Shown in pieces: positions 1-11,300 of a stretch of 64,000 nt of DNA (position 1 is its first letter; every line of letters starts with the position of its first letter). This DNA is from Lepidodermella squamata (lineage: Eukaryota > Animalia > Gastrotricha). The position numbers and the translations under genes are program-made. Under the pieces are notes generated by a model. It ran no database searches, was not told the DNA's origin, and saw only the letters and a program-made list of their open reading frames with translations. The stretch is from positions 310,001-374,000 of the forward strand of contig JBLDXI010000031.1 of assembly GCA_047495785.1 (NCBI GenBank), given 5' to 3'.

Positions 1-608
1 CAGACTAGATCTATCGACTGGTGAAAACCACTTTAAAACATTCCTCATGGTTGAAAAGTTATTGAAAAAATGCGATGCAAAAAAAATATTACGCATACTT
101 TAAATGGGCGTAGTGATCGACGGTATTTAGGCTAAGAAATTTTATCTCCACTAAATTATATTTATCGGTAAAATTAATTTTATTTTAAGAGTTAGAGATA
201 AAAATAATTTTATTCTAGACTTCTGACCCCATTCCGATTGTTGCGTTGCCTGAAAATGTCCCTTTTTAACCCGGATTGTCCTGGTTTCGAGTTCAGATCA
301 ATACAAAACAAAACTAATATTTTTATTTTATTCTCTGGGAGGTTCAAGCTAAAAATATTTTGCGAAGCTCCAGAATTAGCCATAAATGCCGGTTTTGTTA
401 AAATTACTAAAGGGGAATATTAGGTTGAATAAAATTTAGCAGCTAAAATTTGATAAAAAATCAAGTTAAATTAAAAAAACGTGTCAGGTTTTTGATTTGC
501 TACTGTTGCGTCACAATAATGTGAACTTTGGACTCATTTTGAATTTTGAAGAGGACATTCAATCGGGTTATTCATTTTCGAAAAGCAAGCGAAAATGAAG
601 CTCTTCAA

Positions 609-2237
609 CCCTTTAGCTACCATCACGTCGTAACACGTGATCCGGGTATCTGTTACCGGTCCGGTCAAAAATTCACTTCTTTGCATAACATGAACAAACA
701 CGTTACACTTGACCATAGACATAATATCAGTATAGACTGTCTACTCATGAGAAAGGGGGTGTAACGCCATGGGCGCCAGATGGCCTGCTGATTCATGAAT
801 TTCTTGGAGGCCAAAAATCGGAAAATTCAAAATTTCCTCCATTGATTTCTTGGCGATGAAAGGTGGCATTAGAAAGAACCAAATGCCTGATAGATCTCTT
901 CAAGAGGAACACAGTGATATTTTTTACTTAATTTTAAAAATGAAGGAACTGATCAAAAATGAGGAAATATTATTTTGTTTTCGGAAATAACCCATGACAA
1001 CGGCTTCAAAAAAAGTTGAATTGAACGACTTTTTGAGGAAAATAGACTCTTCATAGCAAGAGCTACCTTTTGATACTTGGAGCGACCTTGGATAATTTTT
1101 TCCTGATTTTCAGGGAATTTCGAAAATCTCCAGCAGTGGTATTTGCATTGATTCTTAAGATTGACCCTGCGCTGAATTATTTCCAACTGCGCCATGTGCT
1201 TCCGTCACACGTGCTCACACAAAGGTTCAGGGTAGAATCTTCAGTTATTTTTCGTAATTTTTGCATTGTTTTTTCTGGTCTGAATTCTTTAAAATTCCCA
1301 GAAAATCAGTAAAAAATCATCCAAGATCGCTCCAAGTATCAAAGTGTGGATCTCAATTTAACCTATTTGGACCATGCAAAAACTGGTTCAATTTCGACCT
1401 AAATAATGGAATTAATTGCTTTTATATGAAACGCCGAGTCCATTTTTTTCAAGATTAGAGTAAGTTACTAAGCTGTGAAAAATTCGAAAAAATAACAGTT
1501 GTGTTCAGCGTAATTTAAACTATTTCGAACCATCAACCAATCGTTCGGAAAAATCAAAAGGGCCCTGGAACCAAGAAGAAAAGAATCGAATATTTTCGAT
1601 TTTTGGCCTCCAAGAAATTGATGAATCAGCAGGCCATCTGGCGCCCATGGCGTTACACCCCCTTTCTCGAGAGTAGACAGTCTATACTGATATTATGTCT
1701 ATGCACTTGACCCGTGTTCACGCTAAATGTCATCTGTTAACCCCGTTATTTATTCGAAAAATGGGTCCAAAGATCACTCGCAAAACATGTGTCAAGTTTA
1801 GGCCTCTTTTACATAATTTATAGAAAATCAAGGTGAGCTCATAAAGATTGATGAAAAAATACAGGTAGCCGCTGGATACTAATATGAAGCCCCAGGAATT
1901 TCCCTGGAATTTTCAAAGTTCACCTTGATTTTTGAAAAAATTCTGAAAATCGGCCTCGTTTGTCGACCGTGAGTAATCAAGTGATTTGTGGTAGCTACCA
2001 AGGTTTTGGAAACCCATTTATCACTTGATAAGCAAGTATAACGTGTTTATATTTTGCACGAACGCGTTAACTCGGGTTGGTTGGCAATATTCTCGAGCGA
2101 AAAGTTTTGGTTTTCAAAACTTTTCACCGCAAAAAGTGAGTAAACTCGGATCTAGAGACGTGTTTATACATTTTTTGGAAAAAATATCACGAGTTAACAC
2201 ATTCGGTCTAATACGAGTCGGTGCGGTAGCTAAAGGG
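609..2237. mobile_element. piggyBac-like non-autonomous element (MITE), interrupted by a P-like MITE
   Basis: 13-bp TIR CCCTTTAGCTACC (609) / GGTAGCTAAAGGG (2225-2237), flanked by TCAA on the left and TTAA on the right. An inverted copy of the left ~55 bp also lies at ~2440-2493. Confidence 0.65.
714..1703. mobile_element. P-superfamily-like non-autonomous DNA transposon (MITE)
   Basis: Long TIR starting CATAGACATAATATCAGTATAGACTGTCTACTC (~110 bp imperfect). Perfect 8-bp TSD CACTTGAC at 706-713 and 1704-1711. Further internal inverted repeat at ~1070-1125 / ~1288-1343. Confidence 0.8.
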
Positions 2238-4163
2238 TTAAGGCTATTACATATTTCATCTGTGGGAGAAGTATCGATTACCGATTTATCAATTTCCTAC
2301 CAACAATTTTGGGATTTTCACCATCAAGATTGAGCTTTCTCGAGCGAAACGGAAACCGCCATTTGGCAGAGATGCTCTTCAAGACAGTGGCATCAACCAG
2401 TAACCACCGGACACCCAGGTTGAAGCGTCCTAGGGCCGAACCGGTAACAGATACCCGGATCACGTGTGTTACGACGTGATGGTAGCTAAAAGGTTAGGGT
2501 AAAGTGTGCCGTCGAAAATTCACGTCACAATGCTGGTCAAACCTGAAAGCCTTTATTACATCATACGCAGATTATGAAATAATGGCTAAGTTGAGATAAT
2601 ATGAATTTTTTCTTAAGGAATTACGCTAAATAAATTAAAATCTTGGACCAAAATTGTTTTTATCTTTAAGGAGAAAATTATTTTTAAGGTCTAAAATAGC
2701 TTCGATCCCTACACCCAATATCTTCTAAGGAAATTTTAAGTAATATTACCGTTAGTTGAACGGAGACAAAATTTAGCATAATTATGATCGATAAAAGTCA
2801 AAATTCCCAAAACTTCTTCATGGTAAAATCATTGAATCCAATTGAATGCCTTAATTTCTTAAAGTCATGAAATGAACGAATGAATTTTATTTTCCGAATA
2901 ATTTTAATATCTGTGCACGCAGCCCGAGCTGCTCTTTCCGAATTAGTATACTATTTTAATTTCTAATAATTAGCCGCTGAGCTATAATTGTAGTTCTTGG
3001 TACCAATTGTCATTTTTAGCGCTATAATGGGCGGATGCTGCTTCGAGGCATCAAACTTCTTCTTTACGACCATTTTTGCCTCGAAAAACGTGACGCACGC
3101 AAAGAGGATTTTTTTCTTCGATCAGAGCCTTTTTAGCTTAGTTTCGATCTCTATTAGTCCCAAGCCGACAAAGGGTTGCCGTCCAGGCTTCTATTTCGGT
3201 AACTACGGTATACTGCTTATTCAGGTGCTCAAAGACGAAGGCGGGCAATAAGTGAAGTCAAGTTGTTCCTCAAAAATCTCGAGTAGATGGCTGGGTGGTG
3301 AGACAGGTTGCGTAACGAGTGTGAGAACGATGGTTCAACTTTCATCACCGTCTTCCAAATTTTATTTTTTTTTACTGAAATTATTTTCCTTGAATATAAG
3401 ATATGAATATACGAATATACAAACAATGACGAACAAATTGGCATGAAAAACAGCCGAACAAGTCAGTAGAATTCGGTTTCACCCCTTTGTTCGGCAAAAA
3501 CCCCTGTGTTCGGCGTTGTTCTGCAGCGCAGATGGCGGACTGGGTCATTTTAGTCATTTGTCGCGGCCGATACCGAAAGGATTTTGATAAACTAACCTGA
3601 TACAACCATCAAATTATACTGATAGGCCAGTATGAGTCCAGGTAAACCCCCAAATGAAAAGTGGAATATTTCGGTATGAAACAATGAAATGAAGATTCGC
3701 TTAAATTGTGCAATCATGCCAAAATGAAATTAGCGCCTTAAAAAGAAGTATCGCATGGAGCTCTTTATGCGCAAATGATACATTGCTGATGCTTTGTGTC
3801 AGTCAGAACTACTTGGTTTTATTTACACGCGGCAATTCATTTTTTCATTTTAGGCCACATAACTTACACCACTAACATATTTCGTATTCACTCGAAAAAT
3901 TACACAAAATTATTAAAGCATTAATTCTAAAATATGTATACGGACTGATAGCCATTGGCAGAAAATTAATACCCCAAACATTGTTTTGGAAAGCCAGGAT
4001 GCCTGTGTCTCCAGTAATTGCATGCAAAAACTTTCATATATTTAAAATCGTGAATGGTAGCTCAAGCAAAGTATGTCTGACATGATGCACAGCAGCTGTT
4101 TATTCCCGGCAGATTGGACCTGAAGCAAAATTATATTTCTCTTGCTGGTTAATAAGTCTTAAG

Positions 4164-5093
4164 ATGGCTTACCTTACTCTGGCGATTATCGCTGTATCCT
4201 GTGCCGCAGTCACAGCTTGCCCTCCGTCGACGACGACAACTCCGTGTCCAACAGGCAGCGCTGGTTGCCCCTCAGGTCAAACATGCGCAGCGTCAACTAG
4301 TACTTGTGATACTAGCGCCAATAATTGTATTTCTAAAAGCGCCACCCAATGCCCCACTGGACAGTCTTGCGCAGCTGCGGTAATTTGCAATATCCCTCAT
4401 ACTTTTAATCAAGGTGATTCCTCTATATATCTCACAGACACTTTACCAAATGTGCTCAATGACAACCCAGGGGTCGCCCACAACTGCACAGGTTGCTCAA
4501 AGTGTTAAATTTTGCCACAACGAAGCTGGAACCGGAGCCTCAATGTGTACCAAGTATCTGACAGGATCTGCTGCTGTGGTATTTTTTCGATTTCGCAACG
4601 AAACACAATATATGATCAAATGATATGGCTAGATTGCTACTGATGCCACCAACACTTTCTCCACATTTTCTGCTTGCTGTCAAGCCACAACTGCTACAAA
4701 TACCAATATCAAATATGAAGTCATACCGCAGGCAGCCACTACCGCTGGAATTTTGACTTGCATTGGAGCAGTCGATTCGACTCCATACAAAGTAACAGCC
4801 CCTACTGCAGCTGTCACCGCTGGGGCCTTCGCGTATTGTGTCCGTTTCCCCCACACTTCTAACGTTGCCAACGGTCAGCTAGTAACTGGTGGAGTGGTAA
4901 GCATGCGTTTTGTTGTTCATATCTATACATTGTATTATACACCTTACAGGCAGGAGTTTCGACATATGCTTTCGCTACGTACACAGCGTGCTGCTATGCT
5001 ATCGGTGGAGCGACTTCTAAACCACCGGGTATCGCCACTAATACCATTTATGGAGTGGCGAATATGGAAATCTGCGGGGCTACCGGTGCGTAA
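4164..5093 (+). CDS. Secreted Cys/Thr/Ala-rich protein, 4 exons (4164-4379, 4438-4578, 4633-4896, 4950-5093), ~254 aa
   Basis: Signal-peptide-like start MAYLTLAIIAVSCAAVTA. Three phase-0 GT-AG introns of 58, 54 and 53 nt join the ORF-track pieces into one open frame ending ...EICGATGA*. AATAAA at 5209-5214. Confidence 0.85.
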
Positions 5094-5487
5094 TCGATTT
5101 ACCCGAACATTTGCGACGTTAATCGTACAGTGCTGTATCTACTTAACGTTCGCGCATATTACCATTGAGCCGATGATTTTCAGTTTCTGTTTTTAACTCG
5201 GCTAATGAAATAAATTTATCAAATAATCAATACTCTGAAAGGGCAATTGTTCATGATGTTACTTTACATCAATTGTACAACGATGAATAACACATGTTTA
5301 AACGGTATAAAGTCCGGGCATAAAGTCATTATCAATTAATGCTATGATTTCAGTGAAATGACTCGCTTGAGTTCATAGCTGTGAGGTATTTCTGGCTATT
5401 TCACGCAACAACAACTATTATTTGCCTCATTTCATTCAAATTTGACAGAGTCCAATGTTTTAAAACATGTTTACGTCACCTGAGCGT

Positions 5488-5695
5488 TGTTCTGAGATGT
5501 TTTATTGCTTTATTGCTGAGCAAAACGATAACGATACGCAACATTGATATTTATTAAGCAGGAAATAACCAGAGTAAAGATCCATGGTACAAACGTGTGC
5601 TTATAACGACAATGATTACAAATCAATGACTGCGCAATAGAAGCGTATCACGATAACGAGAACAACATCGAAATATTACAAGTGCTACTGTTACA
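5488..5695 (-). mobile_element. Putative 3' LTR of a chromodomain Gypsy relic
   Basis: The minus strand starts TGTAACAG right after the purine-rich tract GAAGGAGGGTATAG and ends ...AATAAAACATCTCAGAACA. No second LTR is visible. Confidence 0.5.
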
Positions 5696-5744
5696 CTATA
5701 CCCTCCTTCAGGGGGAGCGTTGCTTCGACGTGAACGTGTGACAT

Positions 5745-6563
5745 GGGCCCGGCTTCCTGGGATACTCCGCGTGAAATTTCGCAACTAGCTCCGAAGAATT
5801 TTGAACATTTGAAGCAGGTTCCCAAGTCTGTTCCTCCGGGCCGTAGCCACGCCACTCCACCAAATACTTCAATTTTCAACGTTCGAACTTGGAGTCAACG
5901 ATAAATTCGCCTTCGAACTCTTTCTCGCCATCAACTTCCAATCATCAACTTCGATGTCATTAGCGATGAAAGGTTCCAACAAAGAAGCATGAACAACCGG
6001 ATTTTCATTAAAGCAGGGAGTTGAAGCTTGAAGCGTGAAATGGAGTAATTCGAACCAGTTATCATGTTGATAAGAACAGTTATTTTTTTATTTTATTTAT
6101 ATTTGACTTGCAATTATCGCACTTGCGATTGTAGCAAACAGTAAAACAGAAAAAGAAAGATAATTGTTCACGTATTACGGCGCCTCATTGACGACTGACG
6201 ACACAAGATGTAGCTGCGTAGATATTGTTCGAGGCAAGAATTGACACGTTCCGTTTGCCCGTCAGTTTCGGGGCGAAACGCCGTCGACATTTTGACTTGG
6301 CAATTGAGTAATTCGAGGAGTCTTCTCAAGAAATGCGACGAAAATTGTGTTCCGCGGTCACTGATGGTATCCTCCGGCAGGCCATTGAGACGAAAACCTT
6401 GATGCAAAACAGCTTGCGCCGTTTGCTCAGCAGTCGGTAGTCCCGGAAATGCAATAAAATGAACCATTTTAGTTAAACGATCAACAAAATTCAAAATACA
6501 GGTCATACCGTTAGATGGCAGAAGTTCAACAACAAAATCCATTGAAATCGAAGACCAAGGCAC
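5745..6563 (-). pseudogene. Degenerate Ty3/Gypsy integrase core plus C-terminal chromodomain (chromovirus-type)
   Basis: 6168-6563 reads PWSSISMDFV...VDRLTKMVHF...ISDRGTQF...PETDGQTERVN (integrase core). ~5745-5940 reads DGEKEFEGEFIVDSKFER*KLKYLVEWRGYGPEEQTWEPASNV (chromodomain with a stop). The two parts are separated by unrelated sequence. Confidence 0.85.
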
Positions 6564-6877
6564 AACTGCGAGATACTATCGCTCCGCATACTGGTCCCGC
6601 GATAGTCCCGCACCAGGCGTCAGCATTTCAAAAAACGAGACGGAATGTGAGCGTTGAACCAGTGGCCACTAACCCAACACCCGCAATCGAATCGATTGCA
6701 CCACTGGTTCCTCATGAATAACAGTCACAAATATCGTCGATTTACAATGATTTTTTGGCGATTTTGCCATTTATGCAGTCGGCTGCCTTGTCGGCTCTGG
6801 CAGTTTTTATCGATTTGCCGCCAATGCACCAGTCGAAATTAAAAATATTTTTAAATAAAATTAAAAATTAAAGAAAT

Positions 6878-6950
6878 TGGATGCAGACGGGAATCGAACC
6901 AGTGGCCACTAACCCAACACGAATCGATTGCACCACTGGTTCCTCATGAA
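6878..6950 (-). repeat. tRNA-derived SINE-like fragment (partial second copy at ~6656-6734)
   Basis: Minus strand has A-box-like TGGTGCAATCG and B-box GGTTCGATTCCC followed by a T-rich tail. No clean cloverleaf. Confidence 0.4.
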
Positions 6951-7344
6951 TAACAGTCACAAATAAATCGATTCACTATAAACCATTATAAAACGATTAG
7001 TAGGCAAAACAAGAGTGTGAATTTAGTGAGTTCAATTGAAATTGCTGTGAATGAACTTACTCAGCCTGCTTGAAATTTCGCGGTTTTCTTAATGGCGAGA
7101 AACATGCTTTGTGAAATTTGTTTATTTTTCATGATGTCGCACCCGTCACCAGCATGTTGCTTTCCCGCATCACTGCGGGATATACGCTGCGGGTCTGTCC
7201 CGCACCCCGCAGCAGTTTATCCCTTACTCATCCCGCACTCTTATCACAGTCATCCTGCACCGCCTTGGCACTTGTCCCGCACTAGTCCCGCACTAGTCCC
7301 GAACTCATACCGCATCGACCCGCACTTGTGCGGGGAGATGGACG

Positions 7345-7626
7345 ATATTTGGATGCATTAAACCTTTGCCGCCACTCATGGGCCCACGTTGATACCCGGT
7401 CGATCTCATTCTGGGTAGCACGCTCAGCTTCTGGAAAATCCACCCCTTCAACGACAGCTGTTAGGTCATCAGCATAGGCATCGATATAACACCCCGGGGC
7501 AGTCGGCGCGGTCAGCAGATCGAAAGTGTAGACGATATAGAGCAGCGGTGAGAGCGGTGAGCCTTGCGGTACGCCGCATTTGACGGTAACTTGTCGACTA
7601 AGGAAGCCCGCAACACGAGCCTGCAA
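7345..7626 (-). pseudogene. Non-LTR retrotransposon (LINE) reverse transcriptase fragment
   Basis: GVPQGSPLSPLLY and YADD motifs, followed by W...WRQRFNASK. Confidence 0.9.
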
Positions 7627-7664
7627 GTTGCGATCCAGTGTGCGATCTTCGATCCCGGAGCTGC

Positions 7665-7930
7665 CAGGGATGGAAAAATTTGTTTTGCTGTTTCTGCCAA
7701 AATTACTAGTTGTTTCGGCGAATAACCGAGCGAATCGAGAAAATATTGAAGATTTTCCACTAAATCACTGACGATTGCTGGTACGGCTATTAAGCCTGCA
7801 AACGTCATGGTTATTTTGGGCTTTACGATTGACAACCAACTATCGTTTAAAAAACATATCGCCGGCGCCAAAAGTAATGCCCGAAAAGGCTTGTTTGCTT
7901 TAAAGCTGGCTGCAAAATTTGTTGACAGGA
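7665..7930 (+). pseudogene. Second LINE RT C-terminal fragment, opposite strand
   Basis: Translates ...LTIAGTAIKPANVMVILGFTIDNQLSFKKHIAGAKSNARKGLFALK, the LGxxxDxxLSFxxHI pattern found downstream of the LINE RT core. Confidence 0.65.
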
Positions 7931-8318
7931 GGACAGCGATAATGATGGCGAATGGCTTGGCAAAATTTTAGATTTATTGTTTATCGACCTTCCACCCGAA
8001 GGTGCTCTCGGTCCATGAGTCAGAGTTACATTATTGATCATCACATTATTGATATTTAAATATTTAATTTTTATCGTTCGTTTTCAGAATTTTTTGACGA
8101 AGAAATATATAATTTTTCCGGTTATACCGCTATAACTCGTATGTCGTTTCGATTGATTGTTTTTATTGCCAGAAATTTCGGTTTCTTTGACGTGCGAACA
8201 GGTTTCCAAGGGCGACCAAGGCTTTTCTACAACAGGCTCGCAATTAATACTTTATCAATTTTGAAAGCTCACGTTCCCAAGGTCAACAATCCCACAAGGT
8301 TCACAAGGCTCAAAGGCT

Positions 8319-11300
8319 CAGTGGAGACCGAGCATTCTTGGGACAAACGGTGGAATCAGTGACCCATGAAACAGGTGACAATTATCTGGGGACAACACAG
8401 TGGGGACCGAGCATTCTGGGAACAAGTTTTCTGTCACCAAAGTCTCGTCCCCAGATTTTTGTCCCCAGTTTTTTGTCCCCAGATTGTTGTCCCCAGAGTG
8501 TTCGGTCCTCATTCCCGAGGTGTTCGTCCGCAGAATGTTGAATTAGCAGTTTTCTGTCACCAAAGTCTCGTCCCCAGATTCTCGTCCCCAGTTTGGTGTC
8601 CCCAGATTGTTCGCTCCAAATTCCCCAGGTGTTCGTCCGCAGAATGTTGTATGAGCAGTTTTCTGTCACCAAAGTCTCGTCCCCAGATTCTCGTCCCCAG
8701 ATTTTTGTCCGCGGTTTGTTGACCCCAGATTGTTCGGTGTTAAATCCCCAGGTGAAATTTGAAAGCTGTTTGGGCTGTTTTAATGGCCACCTCGGCCTAG
8801 CTGTGATCGAATCTCCACGATGACGGTTGATAGATCGTTATTCGCTCATGCCGTTATTTCTGGGTCTACTGATTTCCGACTGGGAACCGAGAAAACCGGT
8901 GACAAATATCTGGGGACAACACAATGGGGACCGAGCATTCTGGGGACAAACTGTGGAATTAGTGACCCGCCAAACAGGTGACATAATCTGGGGACAACAC
9001 AGTGGAGACCGAGCATTCTTGGGACAAACGGTGGAATCAGTGACCCATGAAACAGGTGACAATTATCTGGGGACAACACAGTGGGGACCGAGCATTCTGG
9101 GAACAAGTTTTCTGTCACCAAAGTCTCGTCCCCAGATTTTTGTCCCCAGTTTTTTGTCCCCAGATTGTTGTCCCCAGAGTGTTCGGTCCTCATTCCCGAG
9201 GTGTTCGTCCCCAGAATGTTGAATTAGCAGTTTTCTGTCACCAAAGTCTCGTCCCCAGATTCTCGTCCCCAGTTTGGTGTCCCCAGATTGTTCGCTCCAC
9301 ATTCCCCAGGTGTTCGTCCGCAGAATGTTGTATGAGCAGTTTTCTGTCACCAAAGTCTCGTCCCCAGATTCTCGTCCCCAGATTTTTGTCCGCGGTTTGT
9401 TGACCCCAGATTGTTCGGTGTTAAATCCCCAGGTGAAATTTGAAAGCTGTTTGGGCTGTTTTAATGGCCACCTCGGCCTAGCTGTGATCGAATCTCCACG
9501 ATGACGGTTGATAGATCGTTATTCGCTCATGCCGTTATTTCTGGGTCTACTGATTTCCGACTGGGAACCGAGAAAACCGGTGACAAATATCTGGGGACAA
9601 CACAATGGGGACCGAGCATTCTGGGGACAAACTGTGGAATTAGTGACCCGCCAAACAGGTGACATAATCTGGGGACAACACAGTGGAGACCGAGCATTTT
9701 TGGGACAAACGGTGGAATCAGTGACCCATGAAACAGGTGACAATTATCTGGGGACAACACAGTGGGGACCGAGCATTCTGGGAACAAGTTTTCTGTCACC
9801 AAAGTCTCGTCCCCAGATTTTTGTCCCCAGTTTTTTGTCCCCAGATTGTTGTCCCCAGAGTGTTCGGTCCTCATTCCCGAGGTGTTCGTCCGCAGAATGT
9901 TGAATTAGCAGTTTTCTGTCACCAAAGTCTCGTCCCCAGATTCTCGTCCCCAGTTTGGTGTCCCCAGATTGTTCGCTCCACATTCCCCAGGTGTTCGTCC
10001 GCAGAATGTTGTATGAGCAGTTTTCTGTCACCAAAGTCTCGTCCCCAGATTCTCGTCCCCAGATTTTTGTCCGCGGTTTGTTGACCCCAGATTGTTCGGT
10101 GTTAAATCCCCAGGTGAAATTTGAAAGCTGTTTGGGCTGTTTTAATGGCCACCTCGGCCTAGCTGTGATCGAATCTCCACGATGACGGTTGATAGATCGT
10201 TATTCGCTCATGCCGTTATTTCTGGGTCTACTGATTTCCGACTGGGAACCGAGAAAACCGGTGACAAATATCTGGGGACAACACAATGGGGACCGAGCAT
10301 TCTGGGGACAAACTGTGGAATTAGTGACCCGCCAAACAGGTGACATAATCTGGGGACAACACAGTGGAGACCGAGCATTCTTGGGACAAACGGTGGAATC
10401 AGTGACCCATGAAACAGGTGACAATTATCTGGGGACAACACAGTGGGGACCGAGCATTCTGGGAACAAGTTTTCTGTCACCAAAGTCTCGTCCCCAGATT
10501 TTTGTCCCCAGTTTTTTGTCCCCAGATTGTTGTCCCCAGAGTGTTCGGTCCTCATTCCCGAGGTGTTCGTCCGCAGAATGTTGAATTAGCAGTTTTCTGT
10601 CACCAAAGTCTCGTCCCCAGATTCTCGTCCCCAGTTTGGTGTCCCCAGATTGTTCGCTCCAAATTCCCCAGGTGTTCGTCCGCAGAATGTTGTATGAGCA
10701 GTTTTCTGTCACCAAAGTCTCGTCCCCAGATTCTCGTCCCCAGATTTTTGTCCGCGGTTTGTTGACCCCAGATTGTTCGGTGTTAAATCCCCAGGTGAAA
10801 TTTGAAAGCTGTTTGGGCTGTTTTAATGGCCACCTCGGCCTAGCTGTGATCGAATCTCCACGATGACGGTTGATAGATCGTTATTCGCTCATGCCGTTAT
10901 TTCTGGGTCTACTGATTTCCGACTGGGAACCGAGAAAACCGGTGACAAATATCTGGGGACAACACAATGGGGACCGAGCATTCTGGGGACAAACTGTGGA
11001 ATTAGTGACCCGCCAAACAGGTGACATAATCTGGAGACAACACATTGGGGACCGAGCATTCTTGGGACAAACGGTGGAATCAGTGACCCATGAAACAGGT
11101 GACAATTATCTGGGGACAACACAGTGGGGACCGAGCATTCTGGGAACAAGTTTTCTGTCACCAAAGTCTCGTCCCCAGATTTTTGTCCCTAGTTTTTTGT
11201 CCCCAGATTGTTGTCCCCAGAGTGTTCGGTCCTCATTCCCGAGGTGTTCGTCCGCAGAATGTTGAATTAGCAGTTTTCTGTCACCAAAGTCTCGTCCCCA

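Noticed and set aside
6878-6950. Functional tRNA gene
   Set aside because: A B box is present but there is no coherent cloverleaf, so it is treated as SINE-like.
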